NCBI GenBank assembly: GCA_008632985.1 | Contig: QPGO01000077.1 | Span: 124,001-188,000 of the forward strand | DNA: 64,000 nucleotides | Origin: Psammoneis japonica | Taxonomy: Eukaryota | Direction: 5' to 3' | Shown here: piece after piece, positions 61,317-64,000 of the stretch | Numbering within the stretch: the first letter of the stretch is position 1 | Layout of the letters: every line of letters begins with the position of its first letter | Program-made: the position numbers and the translations under genes | Notes under the pieces: generated by a model | Told to the model about the DNA's origin: nothing | What the model saw: the letters and a program-made list of their open reading frames with translations, nothing else | Databases searched by the model: none

Positions 61317-61899
61317 GGTGTGTGTGTGTGTGTGGGTGGGTTTTCTTTCTTGCACTTTTAGAGTAGAGAGGTAGAGTCGTCGTCGCAACTTCTTGTATTG
61401 TGGCACGAAATCTTTTTGCACCAATCCATCGGATGAGCAACTTCAAGCCGGAACTGGCATGGAAGACACGCAGAATTGCACAGGAAGCGTTTTACATACA
61501 ATGAAGGCATGTGTCTATCCAGTCCAGCTTCTGGCAGAAGTCGAGCAGCTGCGCAGTTACAATGGCTGCACACGTCAGTGGAAATTCGTGGAAAAAGTGC
61601 AACCAGCAGCTGTTGCTGTGATGACTGTGTTCTTTGTCATGAAACATGGCAGCTGTCGCTGACAACTGTTGTTCTTGAATGCCGGCAAGCAGTGGCGGGC
61701 CCCGCACGTAGAAACACATGTGGACGAGCGTCACGCTTCGAATCATCATTTTGGGGGAGTCGCGGTGACTCACACACTGCAGTGTTGTGGTTTCGCGTGA
61801 CTGCTTTTTCTCACAACCGATGCTTCCATTCCATGCATGCATTGCATCAACATGACGACCGAAGCAGTGCCAAACCTTCTCAGCACCCCAGAACAGAAA

Positions 61900-64000
61900 G
61901 ACAGATGTGTCTGCAGCTGGGGTGCAGAACGCCGCAAAATGCAATGAATCTTCAGCACTCTTCTCCGTGCAGAAGAAGATGAACCCCGCGGTGGTCGCTG
62001 CATGCGTCTGCGTCTTTCAGGTGACTCAGAAAAGGTGTGGAAATGGTGACAGGCTGCACTGACAAACCTTGGCATGAAAGAACAAGACGCTGAAGGAGCG
62101 GAGCGTGCTCCCACAGCCAAGACACCATTGGATGCCAGGACAGCTTCGATTTTTCGACTGTGGCAAACATCAGTCAACTCCTAAGATTCTTTGTTGTTGG
62201 AAACAAAACAATCACCTCGGGACAACCACGGAGCAGTTCTTGACAAACAAAAGGCTTTTCAGAAGCTGCGCAAATGCCAAGAGAGTTTCAATCAGATGAC
62301 GCTCAGCAACCACATCCAACTCAAAGAAAAGGCAGACAACAAAGAGAATGGTGCATCAGTGAATGATTTGTTGGAAAAGGTGAAGGGTGAATTGTCGCGC
62401 ATTAAACAGAACAACAGAGCCAGGACTTGTCAAAAGCAGGCATGAGCTGCTGAAGCAGTCAGCACCCCAGAACTGACACGCAATGAAAGTGAAGTGGAAG
62501 AAGTCGCCACAGACTTTCTTGACAGCAATTCTGTGCAAAGGCACCAGCTGACATCTGCAAAATGGTCCTCCAACAATCCAGCAGCATGCAAAGATTTGTT
62601 TGGGTTTCAATCATTTCCAGAACTCAAGTTGATGGTGTCGGCTTTCTTTCGTGAGGTTCTTCTTGCAGTGCCAGATGCATGTTTTGACAAGAAGGGAAAA
62701 AAGCTGAAATGTCATCCTCCAAAGCCAACAACACATTTGAGCAGGTTCTTGTCATCAAGTGCTTCATGCATTGTTGTCCTGTGTGAAAGCATGCAGGATG
62801 GACCTTTGGCGTTGCGCGTTGAACCATTTCCGATTGCCTGGACCGTTGGGCACCTTGCTGGGCCACGCTTGGTGAGTTTCTATCCACACTTCCCACACAA
62901 AGAAATTGTTTTGACAAGGAACGTCCAGATAAATTCATTGAACACAGACTGGAAAAGACTGGCTTTCTCATGGACGGCAAGGACACCTTCTTGACAGAAG
63001 CAAAGCGCAAGGATGATGCTGCATGTTGCAACCAACAAAGCAACAAAATGCATGGCTCAGCCACTTGATGGGTTAATTTTGTGTCATGTTGTGTGCTGAC
63101 TTGTGAGCACACTGGAGCATTTGGGGCAAGAGCCAAAGAGAATGCCCTTGTTGAAATGACAGGTGAATGCCCGGTTGAGACAGCACCATTGGCAGAATGG
63201 AAGGACCATGCTCTGAAGCATCCAAGTCATGAGATGTTGAAATGCTGGATGGCGCTTGATGATGTGGTGATGGGAAAGACTTTGGATGGTTTGACTGAGA
63301 CTGTTGCACCAGAGTCGCTTCATGCATTGTTGTCCTGTGTGAAAGCATGCAGGATGGACCTTTGGCGTTGCGCATTGAACCATTTCCGATTGCCTGGACC
63401 GTTGGGCACCTTGCTGGGCCACGCATGGTGAGTTTCCATCCACACTTCCCACACAAAGAAATTGTTTTGACAAGGAACGTCCAGATAAATTCATTGAACA
63501 CAGACTGGAAAAGACTGGCTTTCTCATGGATGGCAAGGACACCTTCTTGACAGAAGCAAAGCGCAAGGATGATGCTGCATGTTGCAACCAACAAAGCAAC
63601 AAAATGCATGGCTCAGCCACTTGATGGGTTAATTTTGTGTCATGTTGTGTGCTGACTCATGAGCACACTGGAGCATTTGGGGCAAGAGCCAAAGAGAATG
63701 CCCTTGTTGAAATGACAGGTGAATGCCTGGTTGAGACAGCACCATTGGCAGAATGGAAGGACCATGCTCTGAAGCATCCAAGTCACAAGATGTTGAAATG
63801 CTGGATGGCGCTTGATGATGTGGTGATGGGAAAGACTTTGGATGGTTTGACTGAGACTGTTGCACCAGAGTCGGAAGACGAGTTGAGCTTGGTTGAAGAG
63901 GGAGAGAGCAACAGAAGGAGACAAGGTGTGGTTTTGGATTTGTCAAATGCAGACTGGAGCAACATCGGATCTGAAAGTGACAAAAAGCTGGGTCTGCAGC
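61900..64000 (+). mobile_element. Decayed PIF/Harbinger-like (DDE_Tnp_4) transposase
   Basis: ACKDLFGFQSFPELK..., FGVAR.TISDCLDRWAP.W (HTH-like), LMDGKDTFLTE..R...SNKMHGSA. Confidence 0.65.
62761..63872 (+). repeat. 556-bp tandem duplication (62761-63316 and 63317-63872)
   Basis: gcttcatgcattgttgtcctgtgtg ... gttgcaccagagtc occurs twice with few substitutions. Confidence 0.95.

Noticed and set aside
61318..61334. (TG)n tract
   Set aside because: Ordinary microsatellite in a 5' UTR.

Overview
Eukaryotic genomic DNA, almost certainly from a (raphid pennate) diatom: frustulin-like, DUF6824-like and CoDi-type copia sequences, with short GT-AG introns. The window alternates between ordinary gene-dense DNA (about 11.0-16.6 kb and 20.2-47.0 kb) and transposon-rich blocks (about 1-11.0, 16.7-20.1, 47.0-53.7 and 54.9-64 kb). 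Host genes include a Patched/NPC1-like protein, an LNR-type membrane protein, an SGNH hydrolase, a NIPA-like transporter, a RING-TRAF-Ubc9-like fusion, a PARP-type zinc finger, GCDH, an F-box/ankyrin protein, NUB1, a DUF6824-like protein, a P450 and a frustulin. The main signal is a repeat-targeted hypermutation, TpA to CpA/TpG, the reverse of fungal RIP. It is visible in the two LTRs of a full-length copia element (13 of 14 mismatches at TpA), in systematic Tyr to Cys/His changes in its conserved motifs (RT YxDD is CTDD), and in tandem duplicates. Older repeats have also lost CpG. Further findings: that copia interrupts a secreted Cys-rich gene, has a primer-binding site matching the tRNAiMet D-arm and an in-frame UGA between gag and pol; Penelope-like repeats carry a type I hammerhead ribozyme; and a RING-TRAF protein is fused to a Ubc9-like domain lacking the catalytic Cys. 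All calls come from manual reading and motif recall; no database searches were run.
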